Below, piece by piece: positions 20,457-29,515 of a stretch of 64,000 nt of DNA (its first letter is position 1; every line of letters starts with the position of its first letter). A program made the position numbers and the translations under genes. The stretch is from Clostridiales bacterium (GTDB lineage: Bacteria; Bacillota; Clostridia; Lachnospirales; Lachnospiraceae), in NCBI GenBank assembly GCA_012522735.1, contig JAAYJU010000106.1:34095-98094 (forward strand), in the 5' to 3' direction. The notes beneath the pieces are model-generated. The model did not search any database. It had not been told where the DNA came from and was given only the letters and a program-made list of their open reading frames with translations.

Positions 20457-22469
20457 TCAAATTCCAAAATACTCATTATTAGTGAATCCTAATAGTTCTA
20501 ATGCTTGACTAATCTCTTTATAATATTTTGATGAGCTAATTGCAATCTTGGAAAATTCCTGTCTTCTTTCCTTTAGTTGCTCGGGACTCATGACATCCTT
20601 ACCACGATACATAGTACCCCATTTGTTAATATCTGAATCACAGTAGCATAAAACATTACCCTGCTCAGCTTCAATTAGTTCCGTCATAAGCTCTGCATTA
20701 TTTCCCGCCCCATAAACTACATAATTATTACCTGGAATCACAATACCCTTTAAATTCTGTACAGCTTTTCTTAAGGTCGAGTAAAAATCCATTAAAATCT
20801 TAGCATCCATTGCTTTGTCAGTAAACACCTCCATAAATATGGGCTTGTCAGACGCCTCAAATAATAGTGGCATCTGCCTATCAAACTCTTCTTTATTCTT
20901 TACAGAAAGATATCTTATGTTTAAGGATTTGACCCATCCTTTAGCTTTGGTGAAGTGTTCAGCAGCAATAAAATTATCCTTAGTCTCAATAATCCGTGCT
21001 GGATTCCAGTAAAAGGTCTCTCCACCTGCATTGTTGCATAATATAATCCTTACATTGGATCCAACATAGCGATTCCATAAACCATTCATATCATAGAAAA
21101 AGCTCAGGTCACCAATAATCAGAAAAGCAAGTCGATCTTTATCTGCTACTGCCTGTCCTATAAAACTGGATAAACCCCCATCAATTCCTGTTGTACCGCG
21201 GTTCGAATAAACAGTAGTAATAGGATTAATAGAATAGCTCTGTGAAAATCTTACGATTGAATCAATGCCTAGATGAAGAATTGTATTACCTGGTATTTTC
21301 TTCATCATTTGTTGAATTATATAATTATTACTAAAAGGTAGCTCCTGATTAATCAAATGCTCTATTGAAGCTATCTTTGCCTTTATTAAATTATAATACC
21401 CTGCATTTTCTTTAGAATCCTCTGACCTACTATCAAATACATTCTCATTAAAAAATTCAAAGAATTCTCGATTATCTCCCTCAATAACATGTGTCAGCTT
21501 CTGTAAATGATCTATAATTCTGCCTTCCTCATTGACACACCAGTGCTCCATATATCCTGAATAATTTTTTAGGCGCAAACGGAGCTTGGACATATATTGT
21601 CCATTCATTGATATAACGATATCCGGCGCAATCTGTGTAAACTGACTATCTGAAATAACCTCAGACAAAAGGTAGAGGTTGATAGCTTTACTACAATGAA
21701 CATTGGCAATGTTCTCCACTGAAACAACACAATTATATTTCTTGCAGAATTCTTCAATTAATTGTCTCTCTTTGTCATCTACATTATGATTTTGTCCATA
21801 AATAAGTAGAACTCTCTTTTTATAAAGGTGTTTCTGTAATTGTTCTTGCATTGTTCTGTCTAACTTATGTAATACTAATTGTTCTATCTTTTTTACTTCG
21901 GGTAAAGTATCAGCATTAAAGGAAATAAACGGATGCTTTCCAGCACTATCTACAGGAATATTAATATGTACGGGACCTCTACCATTATGATTTAATTCCA
22001 TAAGTGCCTCGTTAATTATTCTCTCACAGTACCAAGCATCACGTGAGTCCTGTACAATAGGAAGTGTCACTTCTTTTTTGCATACTTGATTAAATATACT
22101 ACTTTGGGGTATTTGTTGTTCCTCAAGCTGGAATAACGTATAAGGAGTTTTGTCTGCTGTTATTACAACCAAGGGTATACTCTGATAACAAGCCTCATTT
22201 ACAGCTGCCGAATAATTAACAGATGCTGTACCCGAAGTACAGCATATGCCCACATAGCAATCATGACTTTCCTGTGCCAAGCCCATAGCAAAAAAACCTG
22301 CGCTACGTTCATCGACAATAGAGTAGCATTCGAAGAAATCATCTCTCTCTAAGGAATGAACTATTGGTGAATTTCTTGCTCCTGGAGATAAAACCATTTT
22401 CTTAACTTTATATTTTTTTAGTAGTGCGATTAATATCTGTACATTTTCAATTTCAGAATACATAATCAT
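20457..22469 (-). CDS. MenD-like thiamine-diphosphate enzyme with an appended C-terminal Rossmann-like domain
   Basis: VLSPGARNSP, VDERSAGFFAMGLA, CCTSGTA, NRGTTGIDG, IGDLSFFYDMN, plus an extra ~90 aa tail starting YVVYGAGNN. No other men genes in the window. Confidence 0.8.
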   Translation of the reverse strand: MIMYSEIENVQILIALLKKYKVKKMVLSPGARNSPIVHSLERDDFFECYSIVDERSAGFFAMGLAQESHDCYVGICCTSGTASVNYSAAVNEACYQSIPLVVITADKTPYTLFQLEEQQIPQSSIFNQVCKKEVTLPIVQDSRDAWYCERIINEALMELNHNGRGPVHINIPVDSAGKHPFISFNADTLPEVKKIEQLVLHKLDRTMQEQLQKHLYKKRVLLIYGQNHNVDDKERQLIEEFCKKYNCVVSVENIANVHCSKAINLYLLSEVISDSQFTQIAPDIVISMNGQYMSKLRLRLKNYSGYMEHWCVNEEGRIIDHLQKLTHVIEGDNREFFEFFNENVFDSRSEDSKENAGYYNLIKAKIASIEHLINQELPFSNNYIIQQMMKKIPGNTILHLGIDSIVRFSQSYSINPITTVYSNRGTTGIDGGLSSFIGQAVADKDRLAFLIIGDLSFFYDMNGLWNRYVGSNVRIILCNNAGGETFYWNPARIIETKDNFIAAEHFTKAKGWVKSLNIRYLSVKNKEEFDRQMPLLFEASDKPIFMEVFTDKAMDAKILMDFYSTLRKAVQNLKGIVIPGNNYVVYGAGNNAELMTELIEAEQGNVLCYCDSDINKWGTMYRGKDVMSPEQLKERRQEFSKIAISSSKYYKEISQALELLGFTNNEYFGI

Positions 22470-23890
22470 TCCTCCTGATATTCAATAATCTCACTTACAT
22501 CGTAGTCCATGCATAGATAGGACTCCATATTGAGAAGTACCTTTTTCTTTGATTTTTCTCTGGCTTGATTATATACAGATGTATAATTATTTCGACTTAA
22601 CACAATAATAAAATCAACCTCTTGCCAACAGTCCTCATAATTACATATCTTTTGCTCGTTCTCTACTAAATCACCCCAGAGCAAAGGATCTCTATCAATA
22701 ATATGATCTAACTCTAATTGGTTTTCTGCTAATACTGGATATAGTGCTCTAAGATACTTCCCAGCTCCCCACACAGCTACTTTGTATTGATTCTCTTTAA
22801 TATAATCAAATAACCTTTTTATTCTATCAATACAGAATTTATACTTCAATTTCATATATTTTTGAATATAATCTCTCCCTTTATGTGACATTATAAAATC
22901 TTCTCTTTCTCCACGCCACGATGATATATCTTGTGCATTATAAACAATCTGATTTAAGATATCTATATAAAAGAAATTAGCACTCCTTCCTATGTACTGA
23001 AGATTATCAGGATCTGCTCCCAAAGCAATAAAATGATTATTTACATTTATTATGGTTTTTATCGGAAGATCATCTACATAGTTTAGATAATAACTCATGA
23101 TTCTAATCCAATATTTTAACATCCAATGGTTACATTCCTGAGGATATTTATCAAAGTAATCATTATTTTTTAAAAAATCTGCCAAACTAAAAACAGACTG
23201 TGTTAAATTGTTGATTTTATTACAATCTATATTATGTAAGGTTGAATCCTCATTAATGTTGTTATAGTAATAAAAGGCTTCCCTAACATATTCTATTCTA
23301 TAAGCCTCTAGATACCATCTTAATACAATAGCTGTATCTTCAAAAAAAATGTTTTCTGGAAAGAATAGTTGATGCTCTGTTATAAAATCCTTTCTTATAA
23401 TATTGCTCCAGCAATATGCCTTGTACATTAGAATAATGCCACGTGTCTTCGTGTCATCTATAACTCCAGTAAGCTTATGTTCATAGGCAGCAAGATATTT
23501 ATGGGCATTAGTATTCACATCTATCATATAATAATCGCACATAACGATATCAGCGCTAGTATGTTCTGCCTTTTCATATAGCCTTCTACATGTGTCTAAA
23601 TCAATATAATCATCACTATCTACAAATTTGATGTATTTACCTCTAGCTTTTCGTATACCAACATTTCTGGCTCCCCCCTGACGCATATTTTTGTCCAAAA
23701 ATATTCCTATTACCTTGTCAGGATATTTCGATACATATTCTCTAATTATTAAATGAGAATTATCAGGGGATTTGTCATCTACGACGATGATTTCTATTTC
23801 CTGTAGCGTCTGATTAACACAGGAGTCTAAGCATTGACGTAGTGTTTTTTCTACATTATATACAGGGATTATTATGCTGACTTTTATCAT
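22466..23890 (-). CDS. Glycosyltransferase family 2 with C-terminal Rossmann-like tail
   Basis: VSIIIPVYNVEK, VDDKSPD, GGARNVG, FVDSDDY, FFEDT; tail KVAVWGAGK. Confidence 0.88.
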   Translation of the reverse strand: MIKVSIIIPVYNVEKTLRQCLDSCVNQTLQEIEIIVVDDKSPDNSHLIIREYVSKYPDKVIGIFLDKNMRQGGARNVGIRKARGKYIKFVDSDDYIDLDTCRRLYEKAEHTSADIVMCDYYMIDVNTNAHKYLAAYEHKLTGVIDDTKTRGIILMYKAYCWSNIIRKDFITEHQLFFPENIFFEDTAIVLRWYLEAYRIEYVREAFYYYNNINEDSTLHNIDCNKINNLTQSVFSLADFLKNNDYFDKYPQECNHWMLKYWIRIMSYYLNYVDDLPIKTIINVNNHFIALGADPDNLQYIGRSANFFYIDILNQIVYNAQDISSWRGEREDFIMSHKGRDYIQKYMKLKYKFCIDRIKRLFDYIKENQYKVAVWGAGKYLRALYPVLAENQLELDHIIDRDPLLWGDLVENEQKICNYEDCWQEVDFIIVLSRNNYTSVYNQAREKSKKKVLLNMESYLCMDYDVSEIIEYQEE

Positions 23891-25368
23891 GTAATTGAAC
23901 CTCCGGCTAATTTAGGAGCTAACACTTGCTCCATATTTATGTTATATTTGTTGAGATTTAGTATTATATCCTCAAACGAATTACTTGCTATTACTATATA
24001 GTTAAATAATTTCTCATTATACTTTAAATCCTGAACTGAAAAGACTGGTTTTCCCTGGCATAGGGTACCTGCTTTCTCCATATCTGAATCACAGTATCCA
24101 ATAACAACTCCCTCTCTTTGCAGTATATAGTTTGTAACCTTTAATCCATTCTTTCCAGTTCCATATACTATATATTTTCCATCTCTTTTAACATCAAAAT
24201 CATCAGAAAATCTATCAGAGCGAAAATTATAGGATATCTCTTCAAGATACCTTCGAATCGGAAGATATTGCGGACATGCCTTCTCACATTTTCCGCATTT
24301 TATACAGTCAGATGCATGACCTGAGTTTGTTATTATAGTATTATATAAAGAAATATGTCGTCCCTTATGTATCCTATCTGTATCAACTTTTTTTTGCATA
24401 GAATTATATATATGAAACAACTCAGGAATTCTTATATTCTTCGGGCACTCCTTCACACAATACAAGCAAGCAGTACATTGTATTTTATAATATGAGTTAA
24501 TCATATCCACAATTTGACTTATTAGCTCTTGCTCTTCCTGCGATAAAGGCTTGAATTCAGTCATAATATTGACATTATCCTGTAATTGAGCAATATTTGA
24601 CATGCCGCTTAATACCATTTCTACCCCTGGTAACGATGCTACATAACGAAGTGCTAAAGAGACCGGAGACTCTTTCCTATCCAAGGATTTAATTTTTTCT
24701 TCAACATTATTAGGAACATTAGCTAAAGCTCCACCCTTAATCGGCTCCATAACAAATATAGTCTTATTATGCTTACGGGCTATCTCATAGCATTTTCTTG
24801 ATTGAATGTGTGGACTTTCCCAATCTAGGTAATTAAGCTGTAGCTGTACAAAATCGACATCAGGATACTTTATCAAAACCTGGTCTAAAAGATCAGCATT
24901 ATCATGAAATGAAAAACCTATACTTTTGGCATATCCTCTGCCCTTTAAGCTGCTGACAAATTCAAATAATTCATGGCTTACCATATCATCATAAACTGTA
25001 CCATTTACATTATGGATATAATATATATCAAAATAATCAACCCCACACCTTATTAGCTGCTCCATAAAGAATTGTTCATAACCACCCTTTTTTATTGCAA
25101 TATGATGAGTCATTTTATCGGCTAATATATATTGATTCCTTTGATACCTTGTGGTTAAACACTCATGAATAGCTATTTCAGACATCCCGTTATGGTATGG
25201 ATATGCTGTCTCAAAGTAATTAAATCCATTCTCAATAAATAGGTCGGTCATTCTTGATACTTCATCATAATTAATATCCTTTATACTTGAACCATGTAGC
25301 GGCAATCTCATAAAGCCAAAGCCTAACTTCTTCTTAAAAAAATTGCTTAAATTATTCATTTGCTCCAC
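23887..25368 (-). CDS. Aldo/keto reductase with 4Fe-4S dicluster and Rossmann-like tail
   Basis: LGFGFMRLP, YFETAYPYH, VMEPIKGG, VLSGMS, CTACLYC..CP and CIKCGKCEKACP; tail YIVYGTGKNG. Confidence 0.88.
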   Translation of the reverse strand: MEQMNNLSNFFKKKLGFGFMRLPLHGSSIKDINYDEVSRMTDLFIENGFNYFETAYPYHNGMSEIAIHECLTTRYQRNQYILADKMTHHIAIKKGGYEQFFMEQLIRCGVDYFDIYYIHNVNGTVYDDMVSHELFEFVSSLKGRGYAKSIGFSFHDNADLLDQVLIKYPDVDFVQLQLNYLDWESPHIQSRKCYEIARKHNKTIFVMEPIKGGALANVPNNVEEKIKSLDRKESPVSLALRYVASLPGVEMVLSGMSNIAQLQDNVNIMTEFKPLSQEEQELISQIVDMINSYYKIQCTACLYCVKECPKNIRIPELFHIYNSMQKKVDTDRIHKGRHISLYNTIITNSGHASDCIKCGKCEKACPQYLPIRRYLEEISYNFRSDRFSDDFDVKRDGKYIVYGTGKNGLKVTNYILQREGVVIGYCDSDMEKAGTLCQGKPVFSVQDLKYNEKLFNYIVIASNSFEDIILNLNKYNINMEQVLAPKLAGGSIT

Positions 25369-25371
25369 CTT

Positions 25372-26469
25372 TTAATATGTTTCCATAACCTGGTCAATAG
25401 ATTTCTTAAGAATGCTAATAGAATGATTACGTTTTTTCTCTATTAATGGTCTAACACTAGTATAATCAACCTGATAATCGCTTATCTTATCACAATCACC
25501 TATTGTAATCATCCTATCCTCTAATCCTGTTTCTACCAATATAGTCTTAATTCTGCTTATATTTTTATTACTGATTACTGAATAAAAAGGAATACCCAGA
25601 TTAATTGAAAAGGCAGTACCATGAAAGGAGGTGGTAATAACTAAGGAAGCATGCTGTATATATGCAACAAAATCCAAGGGACCGGCATCATGAATATATT
25701 CCAGATTACACTCTTTATAAATATCCTTTAGGGAAATAACCTTTAATGCAAGATGAAACTTTTTAGCCATCATTTTGGCAATTGATAACCCTCCCTCGAC
25801 ATATCCTACTTCATAATATAATAGATATGGCTTGTGTGTACATTCATTATTACTACACCACTCATCCTTAGATATTAAAAAGGTTGGATCCTCTACTTGG
25901 CCTATATCCATACCCAGAAGACTTCCAACCATCTCTGCTCCCGACTTTTCTCTCATAAATATGTAATCATATTGCTTCATAAAGTCTATATAGGGCATTA
26001 ATTTGCTCCTGTTACTAGATCCCATACTTGGCGCATAAGCAATACGATGCTTTATTTGCGGATAAGGCATAAAATAAAAGTCTGAATACCAACCATTTCC
26101 TCTAAAATCAAGATTCCAAATTTGATCACTTCCTGTTATCACAATATCATAAGACTTGATCTCCTCACTATTCTCAAACTCCTTAGAGGTGAGAAAAGCA
26201 TGCTTGCTTAAGTTTAGTTCGTTCTCAATAAACTCTTGAAATTTCTGATATCGAATTATATTATAATTGGCCGTTTTCTTATAAATTTGGTTCTGAATTT
26301 TTGTCGGATCATAAGCATCTCTGTGTTTTTGAGTAGCAAAATCAATAATCTCGCATTCATACCCAAGCTTTTTAATCGTTTTTTGAAGAGCATAGGCTTG
26401 TAGTACGGCACCATAATTAACAGGTCTATGAAAGGTTGCTATGCCAATTTTTATATTGCCTTTGTCCAT
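25372..26469 (-). CDS. Polysaccharide pyruvyl transferase family protein (WcaK/CsaB-like)
   Basis: NYGAVLQAYAL, ITGSDQIWN, YAPSMG, MRE..G, DPTFL, VITTSFHGTAFSI. Confidence 0.85.
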   Translation of the reverse strand: MDKGNIKIGIATFHRPVNYGAVLQAYALQKTIKKLGYECEIIDFATQKHRDAYDPTKIQNQIYKKTANYNIIRYQKFQEFIENELNLSKHAFLTSKEFENSEEIKSYDIVITGSDQIWNLDFRGNGWYSDFYFMPYPQIKHRIAYAPSMGSSNRSKLMPYIDFMKQYDYIFMREKSGAEMVGSLLGMDIGQVEDPTFLISKDEWCSNNECTHKPYLLYYEVGYVEGGLSIAKMMAKKFHLALKVISLKDIYKECNLEYIHDAGPLDFVAYIQHASLVITTSFHGTAFSINLGIPFYSVISNKNISRIKTILVETGLEDRMITIGDCDKISDYQVDYTSVRPLIEKKRNHSISILKKSIDQVMETY

Positions 26470-26510
26470 AATACTTGTCCTTCCCCTTTATTTTTGTGGC
26501 TTATGAATGG

Positions 26511-27803
26511 CTATCTATATATCTCAAATTCAGTTTTATTATTGACTAATATATAGGGGATTCCTTTTTCAGCTAGTAGCTTTGCTGCAAAAATATGTGC
26601 TGCCTCGGGAATTACAAATACAATTAAATTATTATCAGTATCCTCTAACTCATCCGAATGAATAATTTTTTTATCCTCATAATATGAGCCGTAAATATTC
26701 TGATCTATAAAAAACTGCATAGACCAGTTTGGAAACTTCTGTTTAATAAAGTGATAAAAGTTAATTGTATCCGAGCGAATTCCCCATAATGCATAGGATA
26801 TTTGTGAATTATGAAAAGGTAGATTGCTTATTGCATCTGATAATCCCTTATTATATTCTGCTCTGTTACGATTTTCCCAATAAGTACTTATATCCAAAAA
26901 CTGTGCATTATCATTGTATGCTTTTTTTATCTGATTGCTAAACACGGATATCATCTGTTCTTTTTCATTTTCATATTCTATAGGCGAAGGATTCCAATCA
27001 ATATCTTTAAAATTAGTAGGCGTATATAAGGGCACGAACTTATCAATCCAGGAAAAACGAGTATCAAAATTATCGCCAGCTAGTATTACAGGAATGCCCA
27101 TTGCAATACAGGGAACAGCTGCATGTAACCTAGAAGTAATTACCAGTGAAGCATCTTCCTTATACATTAAGAGTTGCTGATATGCTTTCGCATTATATAC
27201 CGATATTTCATCATCCGAAAGAAAGAACGAATCTGTAAGTCTTTCCATTACAGGCAAATGTGTTGTTATTTCAATCCTGTTCTTTAGCACAGATGGTATA
27301 TAATCCAATATACTCCTTGGAGCATCGACCACATAGATCTTGCTCCCCTTAATAAACTTATCCCTTCTGGGTAAAGTTGCAGTCATACAACCTGATATAA
27401 AAGCTCTAATTCCGATTTTTCTAAGGTTAATCATTGTTTGTTCATCTCTACACCCAATTGGCTGGTAACTGCGTAGCTGATCAAGAATACTCTCATCAAA
27501 ATCCTCTGTAAACAAATGGAAGCTAGTAAAGACAGGAATAATTTTATCAGATACTGGGAGTGTATTGAATTGATTCTGGTACTGATCATGAATAGCATTA
27601 TAACAGCTCATAGGTAAAATCACATATTCTCCATCGTATGACTTAAGCTGATAATAATCGATATGTATAATTTGCTCATCATCAATCCCCATTCTCTTAT
27701 ATAGATTATAAAGAGCATAGGATTGAATTGGATCTCCAAGATTACACCACTTTTTACTATCTTTGCGTACGGATTTTCTGTATTGTAGTATACCATACTT
27801 CAT
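26511..27803 (-). CDS. Second polysaccharide pyruvyl transferase family protein with C-terminal extension
   Basis: NLGDPIQS, PIGCRD..T, SGCMTATLP, VITSRLHAAVPCIAMGIPV. Confidence 0.75.
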   Translation of the reverse strand: MKYGILQYRKSVRKDSKKWCNLGDPIQSYALYNLYKRMGIDDEQIIHIDYYQLKSYDGEYVILPMSCYNAIHDQYQNQFNTLPVSDKIIPVFTSFHLFTEDFDESILDQLRSYQPIGCRDEQTMINLRKIGIRAFISGCMTATLPRRDKFIKGSKIYVVDAPRSILDYIPSVLKNRIEITTHLPVMERLTDSFFLSDDEISVYNAKAYQQLLMYKEDASLVITSRLHAAVPCIAMGIPVILAGDNFDTRFSWIDKFVPLYTPTNFKDIDWNPSPIEYENEKEQMISVFSNQIKKAYNDNAQFLDISTYWENRNRAEYNKGLSDAISNLPFHNSQISYALWGIRSDTINFYHFIKQKFPNWSMQFFIDQNIYGSYYEDKKIIHSDELEDTDNNLIVFVIPEAAHIFAAKLLAEKGIPYILVNNKTEFEIYR

Positions 27804-27815
27804 TTCGCTTGCCTC

Positions 27816-28754
27816 CTAAACCTTCACCTTTTTTAGAAGCTCTTTATAATCATCTATCTCAGGCTTAACTAGTTTTAGTGCAGAACATGGTATATGACTA
27901 ATACGTTGCTCCACCGGAGGTAGCTTCATATAATCTCCAAAGGTTCGTTTAAGTGCTTCATCATAATTGTGAACCGCCATAAATCTTCTTCCTTCGAAAA
28001 GCAATCTTATATATCCATGGTCCCAATTCAATTGTCCAATCTTCACTTTATAATAATCTTCTTTTGTTATACTGCGTGGATATCCCCATTTGCTTTCACT
28101 GTATGACGAAACCTTATGTGCCATATTTCTGCATAAATTTGTCCTGCTCTTTCCACTCCATTCAATAACCCAGTCTCTAAAATGAAAAACCATGTTTCTC
28201 GGAATAAAGCTCAAGGCCCTAAATAAAGCTCGCATAAAAGAATTAGGGTGTAGCTCTTTTCCAACAACAGACCATAAAACTTTGCGAATAAGAAAACAGG
28301 AAAAGCTATGAATTGGTCTTAATAAAGGATTATCTGGAACACTGTCAGCACATATTATGTCTACAAAAACACCATTTTTTGATTTTATCATTTCATGGCC
28401 TGCACGAACGAAGACAGTGTCTTTACGTAGAATACGAGCATAATTCCAACGATAATCCTTATCAGTTCTCCATTCCTGAAGAAAGAAGCGTTTCTTATCA
28501 AGCTCTGTTTTACATACTTCATAAAAACGATTATAATCCTCTCTATCCATAGATATATCCATGTCGGGATCCCAAGGAATAAAGCCCTTATGCCTTACTG
28601 CTCCTAGTAGGCTTCCGCCAGCCAAGCGATAAGGTATATGCTTCATGGTACATATCCTATCAATTTCAATTACCATTTCCAGCTGGATCAACTGTATACA
28701 TCTTCGCTCCTTAGCTGTTATAATTATTTCTCTATTTATTCTTTCTGCTTTCAA
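27816..28754 (-). CDS. LicD family phosphotransferase (paralogue 2)
   Basis: GGSLLGAVRHKGFIPWDPDMD; colinear similarity to 18007-18867. Confidence 0.9.
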   Translation of the reverse strand: MKAERINREIIITAKERRCIQLIQLEMVIEIDRICTMKHIPYRLAGGSLLGAVRHKGFIPWDPDMDISMDREDYNRFYEVCKTELDKKRFFLQEWRTDKDYRWNYARILRKDTVFVRAGHEMIKSKNGVFVDIICADSVPDNPLLRPIHSFSCFLIRKVLWSVVGKELHPNSFMRALFRALSFIPRNMVFHFRDWVIEWSGKSRTNLCRNMAHKVSSYSESKWGYPRSITKEDYYKVKIGQLNWDHGYIRLLFEGRRFMAVHNYDEALKRTFGDYMKLPPVEQRISHIPCSALKLVKPEIDDYKELLKKVKV

Positions 28755-28789
28755 GATTTACTCCCGTTTTAATTAATGATATATAATAG

Positions 28790-29515
28790 TCATATCCCAT
28801 AAATCTGAGAACCTTCTTTGGCTTCATAAATTGCCTTAAAAATGTAATAATCATAAGCTGTTGTTATCTTGATATTTTCTTCAAGGCACTCTACTGTATG
28901 TAGTTCATACCCATAGGACTGCATCAGCTCTACTGAATCAATAATACGCTCTTTCCCATCCGCTAAAGCTCTATTATGAACCTCCCAAATATCCTTAACA
29001 AAAAAACTCTGAGGAGCTCGTGCTATAGATAGAGTGTTTCTTTTGTATACTTCACTAATAGTATTGTTATCTTCATCGGTACGTATAATGCTCTCTTTGG
29101 CAGGAACAACCGTGATACCTGATCCATACTTTCTAACAGACCTAATATTATCAGAAATAAGCTTTTCCGAAACAAATGGGCGAACTCCATCATGTATCAG
29201 CACAATATCTTCTTCTGATTTCGATTGATTATGTACTACTTTGATTCCATTATATATTGAACCCTGACCAGTATTTGCTCCTGGAATTACTGAACTTACT
29301 TTTGTAATATTAAAACGTCTAATTTGTTCCCATAATGTATTTATCCAATCATCAATGCACACAACAACAATATTATCGATTTCTTCATGGTATTCAAAAT
29401 TCTCTATTGTATAGATTAGTATTGATTTACCATGTAGCTCTAAGAATTGCTTTGGCTTAGTCTTACTATTCATTCTTTGCCCTGTTCCACCCGCAAATAT
29501 CATGGCAGTAACCAT
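28790..29515 (-). CDS. IspD/TarI family cytidylyltransferase
   Basis: IFAGGTGQRM..PKQFL, LIHDGVRP, APQSF, ENIKITT..D. Confidence 0.9.
   Translation of the reverse strand: MVTAMIFAGGTGQRMNSKTKPKQFLELHGKSILIYTIENFEYHEEIDNIVVVCIDDWINTLWEQIRRFNITKVSSVIPGANTGQGSIYNGIKVVHNQSKSEEDIVLIHDGVRPFVSEKLISDNIRSVRKYGSGITVVPAKESIIRTDEDNNTISEVYKRNTLSIARAPQSFFVKDIWEVHNRALADGKERIIDSVELMQSYGYELHTVECLEENIKITTAYDYYIFKAIYEAKEGSQIYGI

Noticed and set aside
20457-22469. Menaquinone biosynthesis (menD) call
   Set aside because: No other men genes in the window, an extra C-terminal domain, and a glycosylation-gene context; gene symbol withheld.
28790-29515. MEP-pathway ispD
   Set aside because: No ispF neighbour; the context of LicD, SDR and TagF-like genes favours CDP-alditol synthesis.
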